Source of the DNA: Takakia lepidozioides
Lineage: Eukaryota > Plantae > Bryophyta
Assembly (NCBI GenBank): GCA_030704615.1
Contig: CM060734.1
Coordinates: forward strand, 44,392,001 to 44,456,000
DNA: 64,000 nucleotides
Direction of reading: 5' to 3'
Shown: in pieces, positions 1-12,822 of the stretch
Layout: each line of letters opens with the position of its first letter
Position numbering within the stretch: the first letter of the stretch is position 1
The notes under the pieces: model-generated
Seen by the model: only the letters and a program-made list of their open reading frames with translations
Database searches by the model: none
Told to the model about the DNA's origin: nothing
Position numbers and translations under genes: made by a program

Positions 1-504
1 ACTAGACACTGCTGTCACAACCATGGAATATCTCCAATTCAAGTGATGCATGCATGTGTCTAATGGGAGGCATTGTTCGCCTCTCCTTGCATGTTTCCTC
101 ACGCCCCAAGATAGAGCTCAGTTACTGGGTGTTTTGAACCTATTAGCATATGTACACACCCACCCAAGGAAAATACCCAGCCCCAACGACTGCCTGCATC
201 CCCATTCCACCCCCACTGTCCACCGTAAAGCATGTCGATGGATAGAACCAGACCAACAGAGAGAACAACCACTTCAGAGAGATGAGGAAGCAAGTATTTA
301 CAGACTTCACAAATAGATAGGTCAAATGATCTTGCATTAAACAGGCAACAGTAGAACCCTGCTCTACTCTGGATTCAGTGAGAAACAGATACTTCAGGTG
401 GTGGACCGACTGCCACTATAATACTTACATTGACAATCCTGCCATCCAAGAGCGTAACATCTCTGGTCCTTTCTGTTCTATAAATTCTTTTTTTCCATCA
501 TGAT

Positions 505-675
505 TTCATTCTTTTCTTCTTTTGGGTTCTGGATTTGTTCCTCTCTCATGTTTTCTTCCATTTTGTCCCATAAGCTCTATGAGCTTTCCGCGGACGTTAT
601 AAAGCACCATTTCATTTCATTTCCCATAAGCTTTTTGAGCTTTCTGCGGACGCTATAAAGAACCATTTCATTTCT
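505..675 (+). mobile_element. Two nested RTEX-like LINE 3' ends (about 100-bp young end inside an older end)
   Basis: Two consecutive CCCATAAGCT...GAGCTTT(C/T)...GCGGACG.TATAAAG.ACCATTTCATTTC units. The paralogous site at about 30195-30255 has only one. Confidence 0.9.
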
Positions 676-713
676 TTCCTTTTTTTCCAAGAAAGGTTAG
701 TTACATGACTCAC

Positions 714-3594
714 ATAGCAAAGAAGGCAACCAGACCATCTTCTGGCTGAGACATTGAATATAGTCGTTGAAGGTCGACTTGCAATGCAGTGGCAAGTAGA
801 CCAACAATGCGGGTCTTATGAATATCCCAGTTCCACTCTGTAGCCACATGCTTCTTCCGCGACTGCTTCTGCATACATACCATAGTCACCACCTTTCAGG
901 GTTTAAATGTCATAATAATCTAATGACTTCTCAAACTAGTTTCTGAACTTCCTCATTCCAGCATGAATTTTTCAGGTTGGTGGTTGTAGATAAGCATAGT
1001 AGCCCAACTGAATTGCTTATTGTTCAGTGATTTTGGGATTGTAGAAGAGTATTCTCAAGTATGTTATCACAACAACTTGAGGATCAATTCTTTATTTCGA
1101 AGATTTGACAGTCACCGATCCCGTCTTATTTTGCACTTTCAGAATGTGAATTTCGTGGCTCAAAGTATTTACTGTGGCTGGAGGTAATATGACATCCACT
1201 TACCCACCTTCCCACTGTGGGCTTTCTCCGCTGGGCCTCGTCCTCCGGTCTCCTCCAAAACAAGAAGTGAGTGCAAGAGGTAGGCATAGATTTTGAGTGC
1301 GTTTCGATGTGACTGGACTTGCTCCCACATGTACATGGCATCCTCATGGGAGTCCCCAGCAGTGAAGGAGAGTGCCAAAATGGAGGGATTGAGCACTGCA
1401 AAATTGGAGCAGAGGCTTTCAATGAAGATGCCTTTTGCGGTTGGTCCTAATGAAGCAAAACCCCTGTCATTCAGCCAACAGCAACTAGCATCAGATACTC
1501 TGGAGTGTACAATTACAAGACACAAATGGACTTGTTGCCCTTTCCCATGTGAGAATTATTTGAGACAGTATGACGGCCAAGTCCCTAAAACTCTTGCAAA
1601 ACCAGTCCTGCAGTTACAACTCACGAGTCCGAATCCAACCATAAAACCCCAATAGCCTTGTCAACAGTCACTAACAGGTGATGGTGTGTTGATTTGACGA
1701 ATGAGATACAAACAAAGCGACCTGGGAGGGCGTCAGTAAGGTGGAGTAAAATACTGGCAGTGTGCAAAGAACTGAACAATTAAGCAAAGATAGTGGAAAA
1801 CCACACCTTACAAGAGAGTACACCTGGTCAAATATACTCTGCTCTTCAATGCACAACACCTCCTTCTCAGCTAATTCAAAGGCCACAACTGCATCCATCA
1901 CCAATAGCAAAGCATTTAGTGGCATAGAGTTGTCAAATGGAGTGTACAGTAAACCTCTTTCTGGGCTTGTCTTCATGTGGAGGTTCATCATCAAGAAAAG
2001 CCCGGTTAAATTGTGCTTTGTTTGTTTGGTGCAATATCTGGATTTACAAGCAATAGAGTATTGCTGTTCTTCTCCCCCAAACGACATTCACATTTGTGAT
2101 AACATAGTTCTACAGTGCCCAGAGTCTGCTAGGACATGTGGATGAATCAGTAAGTCTCGTCTCTTTCTAAGTAACGTTATATGGCTTCACACCTTTGAGC
2201 TTTCAGCGAATGTTATAAGTTTATTTCTTCTTATCCCTTGATTCAGTTGCTTCTGGGCTGTTAGTGGCCCCTCTCTCTGTCGGAGATAGTCAAATCCTAC
2301 CGATTTCTGGGGCTGGTTATCCACTCCCCCAAATTCCACTTTGCAGCCACTGCCCTGGACAGATTGACAAAAGGCAAGGCAGCCTCCATCCGCCTTCAGG
2401 CCAAATGCAAGCAGATACACATGCGCCACCCACCGACCAAGAAGTGGCTGTTTGATAGTGTAGTCACCCCAAATGCCACTTTTGGTTGTGAATTTTGGGC
2501 ACCTGCAGTCCCAGTTTCCTGGTGGGAAAACATTTTGGAACCATTGCAGTCATCTTTCCTCCAAGCAATGCTTGGCGCCAGAGGCACAACTCCATCGCAC
2601 ATATTGAATGCAGAATTCGCCTGTGTGCCCCTCCAAACTGAGGCCCTCTTCCGGCTTACAATTTTCCTGCATAGATTACAAGGCCTTCCCCCCAAGGGGC
2701 TTGTGGCCAGGGCCCTCACAACATCTATGAGACTCAAAAATGCAGGCTTCAAACAATCCTGGTATGCCCGTGTGGATACCTTTTTTGAACGCCATGGACT
2801 CTCTATAGCTTCACTTGTGCCAGTGAACCCAGAAGAGGTGGAAATCACATCCAGGCATGACCGCGAGCTCATGGAGTTACATGTCAGGAGAACTTGGAAG
2901 TTACCCAACCTCACAACAAAGCTCCATTTCTATCGAGAAACGTTCTTGGTTCTCCGGGATGATAGGATCTTGCGGCCCAATTACCTTTCGGCCTCTTTAT
3001 CTCCTTCTCTCCTGAGGGCTTTGGGGCGGTTCAGGGTGGGCTCCCACAACCTACGGATAGAGACTGGCAGATGGGAAAACCTGCAGCGGGAGGACCGCCT
3101 ATGTCCTGCTTGCACAGGGCGCAGCCAGGAAATTGAAACTGAAGAACACTTCTTCTATTGCCCCCTATACTATGATGAAAGATGCCGTCGTAAAGAGTTG
3201 GTTGCATTGAAACAAAAGAGTGATACCCACTTTGACAGAGAACAATGTCAAATCTCAACTATGTATGTGCGGATGTCAAGACTATGTCGCTTATGAGTGA
3301 AAGATCAAAAGGATAGGGCATGCACATCTGCCCGCACACAGACATCCCGGTCTCGCATTATCTCTACGGTCTCGATATTGACCAACTTTCCAGTTGAGCT
3401 AAGGAGGAAAATGTAGAATGAAATCAACGTAGAAGCATGTTTGGGAAGGGGACAGCACCTTTAACAAGCTTATCGATCTCGGCTTCAGACAAATTCTCCA
3501 CGTCGATAACATCTTGGGCATAAATACTTTTTTCCCGATCCAAAGGATTCTCCAGTTCCCGTAGGTGCTTAGGAATCGAAAAAGATGGCGCCAT
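714..3594 (-). CDS. CAP-D2: Condensin complex subunit 1 (CAP-D2/CND1), copy 1, first four exons; gene continues past the left edge
   Basis: Exons 3594-3459 (MAPSFSIPKHLRELENPL...EIDKLVK), 1888-1807 (VAFELAEKEVLCIEEQSIFDQVYSLV), 1463-1208 (GFASLG...ESLCSNF...SHRNALKIY) and about 868-714 (...WNWDIHKTRIV...) have GT-AG borders and consistent phases with no stop. The peptide matches the recalled plant CAP-D2 N-terminus. Confidence 0.85.
2190..3177 (+). mobile_element. 5'-truncated RTEX-like LINE ORF2 fragment joined to an older LINE 3' UTR remnant, in CAP-D2 intron 1
   Basis: ORF 2364-3296 contains LGRFRVGSHNLRIETGRW...CPAC...EEHFFYCPLY and is nearly identical to 23718-24968. It is preceded by tail and 3' UTR remnants (TTTGAGCTTTCAGCGAATGTTATAAG; GTGGCCCCTCTCTCT). 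Confidence 0.9.
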
Positions 3595-4380
3595 GGCTAC
3601 GCCCTCTCGTAAGACACTCCGTCCTCTGTACTGCTTTCTGTATCCCTCTCTAGCTTCCTGCTGGCGGTGAAAAAGCTATGGCAGTTCCGTACTGAGATCG
3701 TCAATGAGGGCTTAGTTTACACCGGAAGCGAAGACGCTTGTAATAGTACGCCATGCGATACAACTCATAAGATATTCGAGCTTAGTCCAGACGCCAGAAC
3801 CACTCCTCCCGCATACGACATCTCCATCTGTCTCACGACCTAGCTGGCTTCAGGGAGCAAAGATACTTCCTCTACCTATGGAACGTCGTACTTACCATTC
3901 TCCCGCTCCCTCTATCACAAACCATTTTCTACCTCTACTGGCTGCTCCAGAACGCCATAAAGCTCTCTCTCCCCCGTCCTGAGCGTAACTAGGTATACCA
4001 TATATGGCTCTCTCCGCTCCGTAGCTACATTGTTGGAGATCCCTCCATAGCTTCAAAATATGTTGTCCACAGCCAACCTCCTGATCCTCTCTTGCTGTTT
4101 CTTGATGACCCCTCGACAACATTCTACCGAGGAAGGTGTCTGTACAGTGAATTGCAATTTGAATGCGAGAGCGGGAACGGAACCAAAAGCGTATGTGAAT
4201 TTGAATACAGCGCCACGTACATACTTCGCTAACCAACATGCCCGATTGTGGTGAGCTTGTAGACAGGAAATGGCGTCATACCTCCACGAGAAAACCTTTG
4301 ACCTGGGGCATGTGCGTATGCACGAAACAGATCAGGGCGTCACCCTGTCGATTCCAATTTGCCCAGGAAAATCTGGGAGA

Positions 4381-4408
4381 AGATACAAGATACAGATACA
4401 GATACAGA
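4381..4408. repeat. Short (AGATAC)n microsatellite
   Basis: AGATACAAGATACAGATACAGATACAGA. Confidence 0.7.
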
Positions 4409-5177
4409 CGTAGCCAACTAGGCTAGGTTTTCATCCGGGGCCTGACTTCAGACAGTTCTGGCCATTTGGGTCCCACTGCCTTGAGGTCGTAAGTTGACTA
4501 AATCTCGCTGGGCTCAAACAACTCAGACGCACGAACGAGTGTTAAACTTTGTGTTCGTGATTTGCTACTCCCTTGTAATCTACGGAGGGACTTGTGGAGT
4601 ATCAGTTGTAGTACCTTCTCTAAAAGGATCATGAGGGTACAATGTTCAGCGACTCGAAGACTATCTGAAATAGTGGCCAAATCATGCTATATTCTTTGTT
4701 TCTCTTGATGTTGTCTATTGTGGATTGAAGCAGTTGCAGTATATAGAAGTTGGAATGGATTAGCCGAGTCACTGAAAAAGAAGCTGGCTCCAGTGGGAAA
4801 AGGGAGGACCTTTCCAGATTCTGTCAAGAATGCTTCTCTTTCAATGACAATGGATTCATACCAACTGCTGGAAAAATGAAAAGGATTTTGATGTCTGAGC
4901 AGTTGGATAGTATGTGCTTTGTGCACTGTCACACCCACTTGCCAGGTTTCTTTCTTTGTTGGCTGTCTTGTGTAGAAGAGAGACTATGCATGATGCTGAA
5001 GTCAATGGAGAAAATGTGATCAAAGGACCTTACACCGTGTCAAGGCCTGATTGGTGTGTTGTGCTGAGTCATGCCCCTTACTCTCACCTCCTCTTATGTT
5101 TTGCCAAAGCAAGAGAGCCCATTGCCATTTTAGGCTTGTTGAACCTTCTTTGATAGCATGCCAGGAAAGGACGGGAA

Positions 5178-5227
5178 GAAATGAATGAAACGAAATGGTG
5201 CTTTATAACGTCCGCGGAAAAAACAAG
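5178..5227 (-). mobile_element. RTEX-like LINE 3' tail remnant; the LINE 3' UTR/stop region resumes at 11973-12007 after the MITE
   Basis: GAAATGAATGAAACGAAATGGTGCTTTATAACGTCCGCGGAAA on the left. The right flank GCCCAAAAGCAACTACTGCTCAAGGGA matches the LINE stop region at about 18897-18923. Confidence 0.8.
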
Positions 5228-7005
5228 TACCGTAGTGGGAAGGCTGAAGTGCCGAATATTTATAACAAAACACTTTGGCACAACTTAACCCTTAAGTTCC
5301 CAAGCGACCTGAATCTGGTCACTTTGAATTTGCAGTTCGACCTAATTTTTGCAGATCTAATCTGATGGGGCCCACTCATGAAGCTTTAATGACAAGGGGT
5401 TTGTCTCGAGTACGATGCAAAAAACAAAATTGAAAAAAAACAAAAGCTACTACCTACGAAAAATATCTTAGATCTCTCATTTACGTTTTGGGCCCGAAAA
5501 GGGTTTGTTGACCGCTGATGTGGCAGGTAAACAAGCCCAAAACAGATTGCACTCCAAGCCATTTTTGGCAGAAAATTAGCAATTTTAGAAAAAGCCTTGT
5601 GGTTTGTGAGCATTACAGACACACATCCACCATTGGCTTTTAAAAAATTTGTAGAAAAAGATTTCAACCCCTATGTAATTGCATGCAAAGCAATCATAGT
5701 CTGAACGAGGGTGGCGACCCCACATGCAGTCCATGCGCCAGAAAACAGTTGGACCTGCAATTTATTGGGGTCATAGCCACTCCACTATTGATTTGGAAAT
5801 GGTGGGTCTTGGGGCAAGCAAAATTGGATAAAGCTAGGTTTTGATTTGGTCAAACCAATTTCTTTCTCACTTTTTCTTTGGGACATGATATTTGAGGTCT
5901 GGGCCACCGTTGTAATCTCACAATTTCCACTGTGGACTTGGCTCATTTAAGGTAGCATGTTTGGTTTTCCTTGCTTCCACCCAGATATCATGTTTGTGTT
6001 CATGATATGCATGCTATGTCTTTGTCACTACCTGAGAGAATCACTTATGGAATTCCATCCTCCAATTCGACCTATATCTAACTTAGTTGTTGTGGATTAT
6101 TTTAAAATAATGTTTGCTAGTGTAGCTCCCTCAGTGCTCTAATGCCAAATCATCTATTCGTTATCATCTTCCTTGTGCTCTATCTGAAGATGATAAACTT
6201 TCTCTTGCCTCCCCTTATGACAAACTTGTTGAGATTCTTGTCACTTTGAAAGCACCCACACGATCGACAATATGCTAATTATAGAGTTATTTAAGGCTAA
6301 GTGGTTAACCAAAGAGAATTTTTCCTTAACATGGCCGATGACATCTTCACTTGACACTCGGCTTGCGTCTCTCACAAGGCCCCTCATTCCTGGAACACAA
6401 TCACCCTACCATTTCCAAGTGCATTTGCAACCCAAGTGGAGTCCATAAAACTTCATGTGTGCTTACATATGTCCAATTAGTTGCGAGGCCAGAATTTCCC
6501 TACAGGGTCATGTGACATAAGGATGTGAAGATGCTTAAGAACAATATACGTTGGGCTGCTCATGGCTTGGACTGGCATGCAACAGTCTCATGGATAGGGC
6601 CCGCCATTGTCATCTGATATTATTAGAAGTTATTATACTATGAATGAAAACACATGCAGAAAGTATGAGTGCATATGTGCATATAGTGCCTCTACAAGGG
6701 AATGATTCCATTAGTCATGAATGGTATCATGAAACCATAAAAGCATAATACCATTCCCATCCCAAATGGAAGGAAAGCATGCATGCAAGGTTTGAGATGG
6801 AAGTTGGATACCCACTTTGAAAGAAATATGGATATGCACTCTGTTGCATTCATAAAATTTCCAAAGCATTGAGAACGAACCATATAGATGAAGCATGTTA
6901 CGTAATAAATACAGTAGGATTTCAACTGTTGGCACCAATGTCATTGTGGTCAAATAAGAAACAGGGGAATGTACACAGGATGCATCTTTCCACAATAACA
7001 ACTTT

Positions 7006-8570
7006 TCACCAGTAATCCCCACAAGAACAAACCCCATCTTCGAAGTGATGAAAGCGGTTCGCGTCCCGTACAACAATTGCTCGGCCAAAAATCTTTGAGA
7101 TGAATTTGGTGGAGGTGTGGCAGTCACCACACACCCGAAGATTGTTGAGGAGATAGAGAGGCGTCCTAGGGGTCGTGCTGATGAGCCCAAAACCAATGGC
7201 CAGCTTCTCACTGTGGTGACAAAGAGAAAATTCATTTTGCTCCATGTAATACAAAGTGTGTGTAAGGCACATACCCTGCCTCCTTCATCTGCCCAGACAA
7301 TCTTCTCAGCTTAGCATGGATTTCACTAATTTTGGGATGCAATTTGTCATCTACAACTGTAAAGGTGTGCACCATGTTCCCAACCTCAATACAGCAGCAA
7401 CCTGACTCCTTTTTAACCCCTCTGACCTTCATCGTCTCTCTCACCTTTGCACTATCGTTCCACCTGCCAGCTGCAGCATAGATGTTTGATAGCAACACAT
7501 AAGTCACAGCATCTTGGTCATCCACTTAGAATAGATGTTGCCGCACGTTCAGCCATCTCCACATTGCCATGGCTTCTGCAGGCACCAAGCAAGGCCATCC
7601 ACACCACTGCATCTGGTTCCATTGGCATTTTAGTATTGAGGTCCTCTGCTTCATCCAATTGCCCGCACGTCCAAGAAGGTCCACCATGCAGCCAAAGTGC
7701 TTTACCGTCGGAGTCACACCGTGATCTGGACTCAGGGAATCGAAGTAGCATCTTCCTTCATCCAGTAGGCCAGCATGGCTGCATGCAGAGAGAACATATA
7801 GAAAGGCACTACTGAAGCCTTCCTTTTGCATTCGTTCCACTAGTTGCAAGACCTCCCTATGACAACCATGCTGGGATCATCGCCCTCCACGACAGCATAC
7901 CTCGTTCAGCCATATTGTCAGATACTCCCTTTGCATCCTCAATGCTGACATTTGGCATACATGTCCACCAGGGCGTGTGTCCAGAATGACATATGGTACA
8001 ATTCCGGGTTTGATGATGACCTCTTTGCCATTTTCCAGGCCTGCCAGGCTTGCACAAGCACACCAGAAGCACTGGGGTCAGAAAAGTATTCACTCCACAG
8101 TTTCTCCTCATCTCTGTTACCTGTTTCTGGATACTTTCCTATTGTCACATTGGCACATTTGGCATATATGTCCACGAGGGTATTGCTCAGACTCACATCT
8201 GGTACAATTCCAGCTTTGGCGATGCAACCATGCACCTCTTTGCCCTTCTCCAGGGCTGCCAGGCTTGCACACGCACTGCATTTAACACACACAAACATTA
8301 TATGTGGTTGGGCTTCACCCCTTCCCCGATCATTTGCTCATAGGTCTCCAAAGCCTCTATCCAGCGCCCCTACTGCGCATACCCTGCAAGCATCGTGTTC
8401 CATGACACCACATATCGTTTAGCCATATTGTCGAACACTCCCTTTATACATGTCCACGAGGGTATTGTTCAGAATGACATGTGGTACAATTGCAGCTCTG
8501 ACAATGTCGCCATGGAGCTCTTTGCCGTTCTCCAGAGCTGCCAGGCTTGCACATGCATTGCAAACTATCA
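7006..8570 (-). pseudogene. PLS-class PPR protein with E domains and DYW deaminase domain, frameshifted
   Basis: Fragments in several frames: [125 protein letters not shown]. Confidence 0.92.
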
Positions 8571-8714
8571 AAGGTTCACTCAACCAGTAACTTGCAGAAA
8601 TCAACATGAAAACTTAAGGCCGATTTCGATAAGAGGGAAAAATAGGGTGAAATGTTTTGAAGAAGGTGCCTTCATTAGCAGTGCCTGATTTTATCAATTG
8701 TGCCGCTGCCGCTG

Positions 8715-9570
8715 CTGATAGCAACACATAAGTCGCGACATCTTGTTCATCCCACTTGAGAATAGATGTTGCAGCATGTTCAGCCATCTCCACATTGCCA
8801 CGGATTCTGCAGGCACCAAGCAAGGCCCTCCAAACCATAGCATTTGGTTTCATTGGCATTTTGTTAATGAGCTCCTCTGCCTCATCCAATTGCTCCATGT
8901 GTCCAAGAAGGTCCACCATGCAGCCAAAGTGCTTTACTGTCGGAGAGACACCATGATCTTGACTCAGGGAATCAAAGTAGCGTCTTCTTTCATCCAGTAG
9001 GCCAGTGTGGCTGCATGCAGAGAGAACACATATAAAGGTGATACTGTCCGGCTTCAAGCCTTCTGTTTGCATTCCTTCAAATAGTTGCAGGGCTTCCCTA
9101 TGACAACCATGTTGGGCATATCCTGCAATCATAGCATTCCAGGAACACTCCCTTTGAATCTTCAATGCTCCCACATTTGGCATACATGTCCACAAGGGTA
9201 CTGTGCAGAATAACATCTGGTGACGATGTCACCATGGACCTCTTTGCCCTTTTTGAGAGTTGCCAAGCTTGCACATGCCTTGCAAACACAAACAAACGTG
9301 ATGCGGTCGGGCTTCACCCCTTCCCACATCATCTGCTCAAGGGTCTCCAAAGCCTCCATCTCGCGTCCTTGTTGTGCATATCCTGCAATCATCGCGTTCC
9401 ATGACACTTTGTTCAGCCATATTGTCGAACAACCCCTGTGCATCTTCAATGCTCCCACATTTTTGCATACATGTCCACTAGGGCAGTGTTCAGAATGACG
9501 TCTGGTACTATCCCAGCTTCGACGATATCACCATGGACCTCTTTGCCCTTTTCCAAGGCTTCCAGGATAT
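8715..9570 (-). pseudogene. Second PLS-PPR fragment (P-L-S plus E domain, truncated before DYW)
   Basis: [64 protein letters not shown]; several frameshifts; paralogous to about 7490-7880. Confidence 0.9.
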
Positions 9571-9674
9571 GGTTACTCCAGTTCTTAACCACAAAGTTTC
9601 CAAGGTTCCATGCTTGCAGAAGTTAAAGCTTAGATAACAGAGTTAGTCTTGATACACATAACTTTACACCTTAC

Positions 9675-10588
<914 letters not shown>

Positions 10589-10794
10589 TCATTGATCAGT
10601 TCATGTTGTTCACTCCCTCTTCATGGTAAGTACAAACCTCAAACCACAAACCAGGTAATGGAAGCCGCATAAACAAAAGAAACTCGACCTCCAAGCACTC
10701 CACCAAAAAAAAAAACATATCTATAAACAATCCAAACAGTCATAATCATCAGACATTGTCATGTGGTGTAGCTCTGCATTATGTCCTTCTGAAG

Positions 10795-10903
10795 CCCATC
10801 CGCGCATCATTTGCTCGTAGGTCTCCAAAGCCTCCATCCCACACCCGTGCTGTGCATATCCTGCGATCATCGCGTTCCATGACACCACATTTCGTTCAGC
10901 CAA
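10795..10903 (-). pseudogene. Isolated PPR motif fragment
   Basis: [33 protein letters not shown]. Confidence 0.85.
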
Positions 10904-12094
10904 ACTTCTTCACCTCATACTTTAAGAGAAAGCCACACCTTGCGATTACGGTTGTCCCTCCATCGTGAAGGATCTTTAAAGAACTCATGCCAGCTCTGCT
11001 CCGTGCAAAATCCGCAGCATCAACATTTTGACAAGTTCCTTTACGAAGGGGTGCTAGTGAGCTTTCAACAACATTCATGCTGGTCGCTTTGGGCTCCATT
11101 GGACTCTCCACAACGAGGACATACCATGTCCAAATGTACATAGATGCTAAACCAGCTTATGTCTGCAGTGTGGAGATTTTGGAGTGGTCTCTGAAAACGA
11201 GCAGGAGCAGCTAAGCAACCGACACGATTTTGGAAAGAGGGCATTCATGGGATACCATGTAGCATGTCGAGGATGAAGGCATGCATGGGGGATGAGGGCG
11301 ATGCCATGCATGAGGGTAGGATGGGAGGAGGGATGGGGATGCGGGAGAGGGCACGTCTCATGTCCTGGCAGCGGGAACATGAGGCGCGGGAGGGCGTGCC
11401 GCGCGGCAGCGCCCGCGCGGTGTGCGGGGGTGGGGTGGCGGGGGGGGTCCACGCTGGCTGAACCGGCTCCCTCGCATTCAACTCCAGGGCCCATCTAATG
11501 CTTGGCCATTTTTTGGTATGTCATGCATAAATGAGCTGGGCCCAATGCTATAAGGCTGGAATCTCTGGATGATTCTTGGTAGGTTTGTAGGGGCAATTTA
11601 CTGCAGCTGGGTACCCAAAATTGGTAAAAAGTCAAAAAAGGGCTTGGGAACTTAAGGGTTAAGGAAATTTCTAGATTTTACGGCAATGCCACGATGAGAT
11701 TTTAAGTAATTCGGCGGTGACTCCCAGCATGAACTTGCTCTATCTACTGTACCAGATGTGGTAAGAGAATTATGTACCAACAGTCAGTAGCTTAGATGGT
11801 TAAGTGCACCACCCAGATGATTCTGGGGTCAAATCTTGCTATTGACGGGTGTGGTATGGTTCCTGGGCGGAAAGTTTCTGGAATTTCGGCAGTTTTTCCT
11901 AAATTTTCACTTAATTATTAGTCATATTCATTTCTAATTATTTAGTGCTGGATCAGCCTTCCCACTACGGTAGCCCAAAAGCAACTACTGCTCAAGGGAG
12001 TGCGTAAGAAAGAAGCAGAATTGGTTTAGGTCCACTACAGCCAAGAAAGTTCTAACATGAAGCGATTTACATAGCATACAATAGACAGTCCATC

Positions 12095-12822
12095 CAGACA
12101 GTCCGTCAAGAGATGTGTCTTTACTGACTAGAATCCAGGATCACCTAGTTACTGATAGAGGACTATTCCAGATTCTACAAATAGGTAGAACCGGAGCTAT
12201 GGAAGTGAACAAAATTGCTGGGTTTCCACAACTGGTTCTGGTGACTTTTGACTCAGGAAGGCATTAATGGACATATTGACAGCATTTTGTGTGCCACAGG
12301 TCTCCCTTGCAAGAGCCCAGCTGATTGATCTGGTAATTCTTCTACATGGTCACCAACTTGATTTCCTTCCATGGTATGGCATGGAAAAGGAGTGGATTGA
12401 ATGAATTCCAGCTGGGAAATGAAGGTTAAGCATCAGCAATTGCTTCATAACAGTTTAGTCAACTATGATGCTTGTGGAGTCGGAATTTAGGAGCTTCGCT
12501 CAGTAGTAATTCATTAAGCAATTGTGTGGTTCAATCTTAAAACACTTGCAGACGTTAGTAGGCCATTGCCTCATGAAATCTTTTTCGTTGATGTGATGAG
12601 TTCAGTAGCATTGCTCTATCTTTGCAGACTAACAAACATTGTACGGAGGTTGTAAAAGCTTCATCGTTTGTCAAATCTAATCGTAGTCAGCTTGCAAATC
12701 AAGCTGAAAGATGCAGCAGCCTTTTTTGCATTTCAGGGGGCAGCCCACTGGTTGGTTCAGTGCTCTGCCTGTGCATAACTAGGTGATCCTGGATTCTAAG
12801 ACACATCTCAGTATGGACTCTG
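12095..12822. mobile_element. MITE with long TIRs, probably Tc1/mariner-type; left end degenerate
   Basis: Perfect inverted pair TAGAATCCAGGATCACCTAGTTA (12129-12151 and 12776-12798), extended outward by GAGATGTGTCT/AGACACATCTC and AGTCC/GGACT. The right end reads CTG|TA. Confidence 0.75.

Larger units (their letters stand above)
1..4285. repeat. Segmental duplication, paralogous to about 29627-33572 (5' part of CAP-D2 plus upstream DNA)
   Basis: Long colinear near-identity: ACTAGACACTGCTGTCAC at 1 and 29627, shared introns, and a shared upstream block ending near GAAATGGCGTCATAC (about 4268 and 33551). Confidence 0.95.

Noticed and set aside
5720-6660. Possible decayed transposase inside the piggyBac-like element (YN*HIVDRVGAF on the - strand near 6250-6283)
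   Set aside because: Only a weak resemblance to piggyBac YNxxMGGVD or Harbinger motifs, with many stops; cannot be supported without a translated HMM search.
7006-7420. U-to-C type (DYW:KP) editing domain
   Set aside because: It has a PG-box-like segment, HSEKLA and a DYW end, typical of canonical C-to-U domains.
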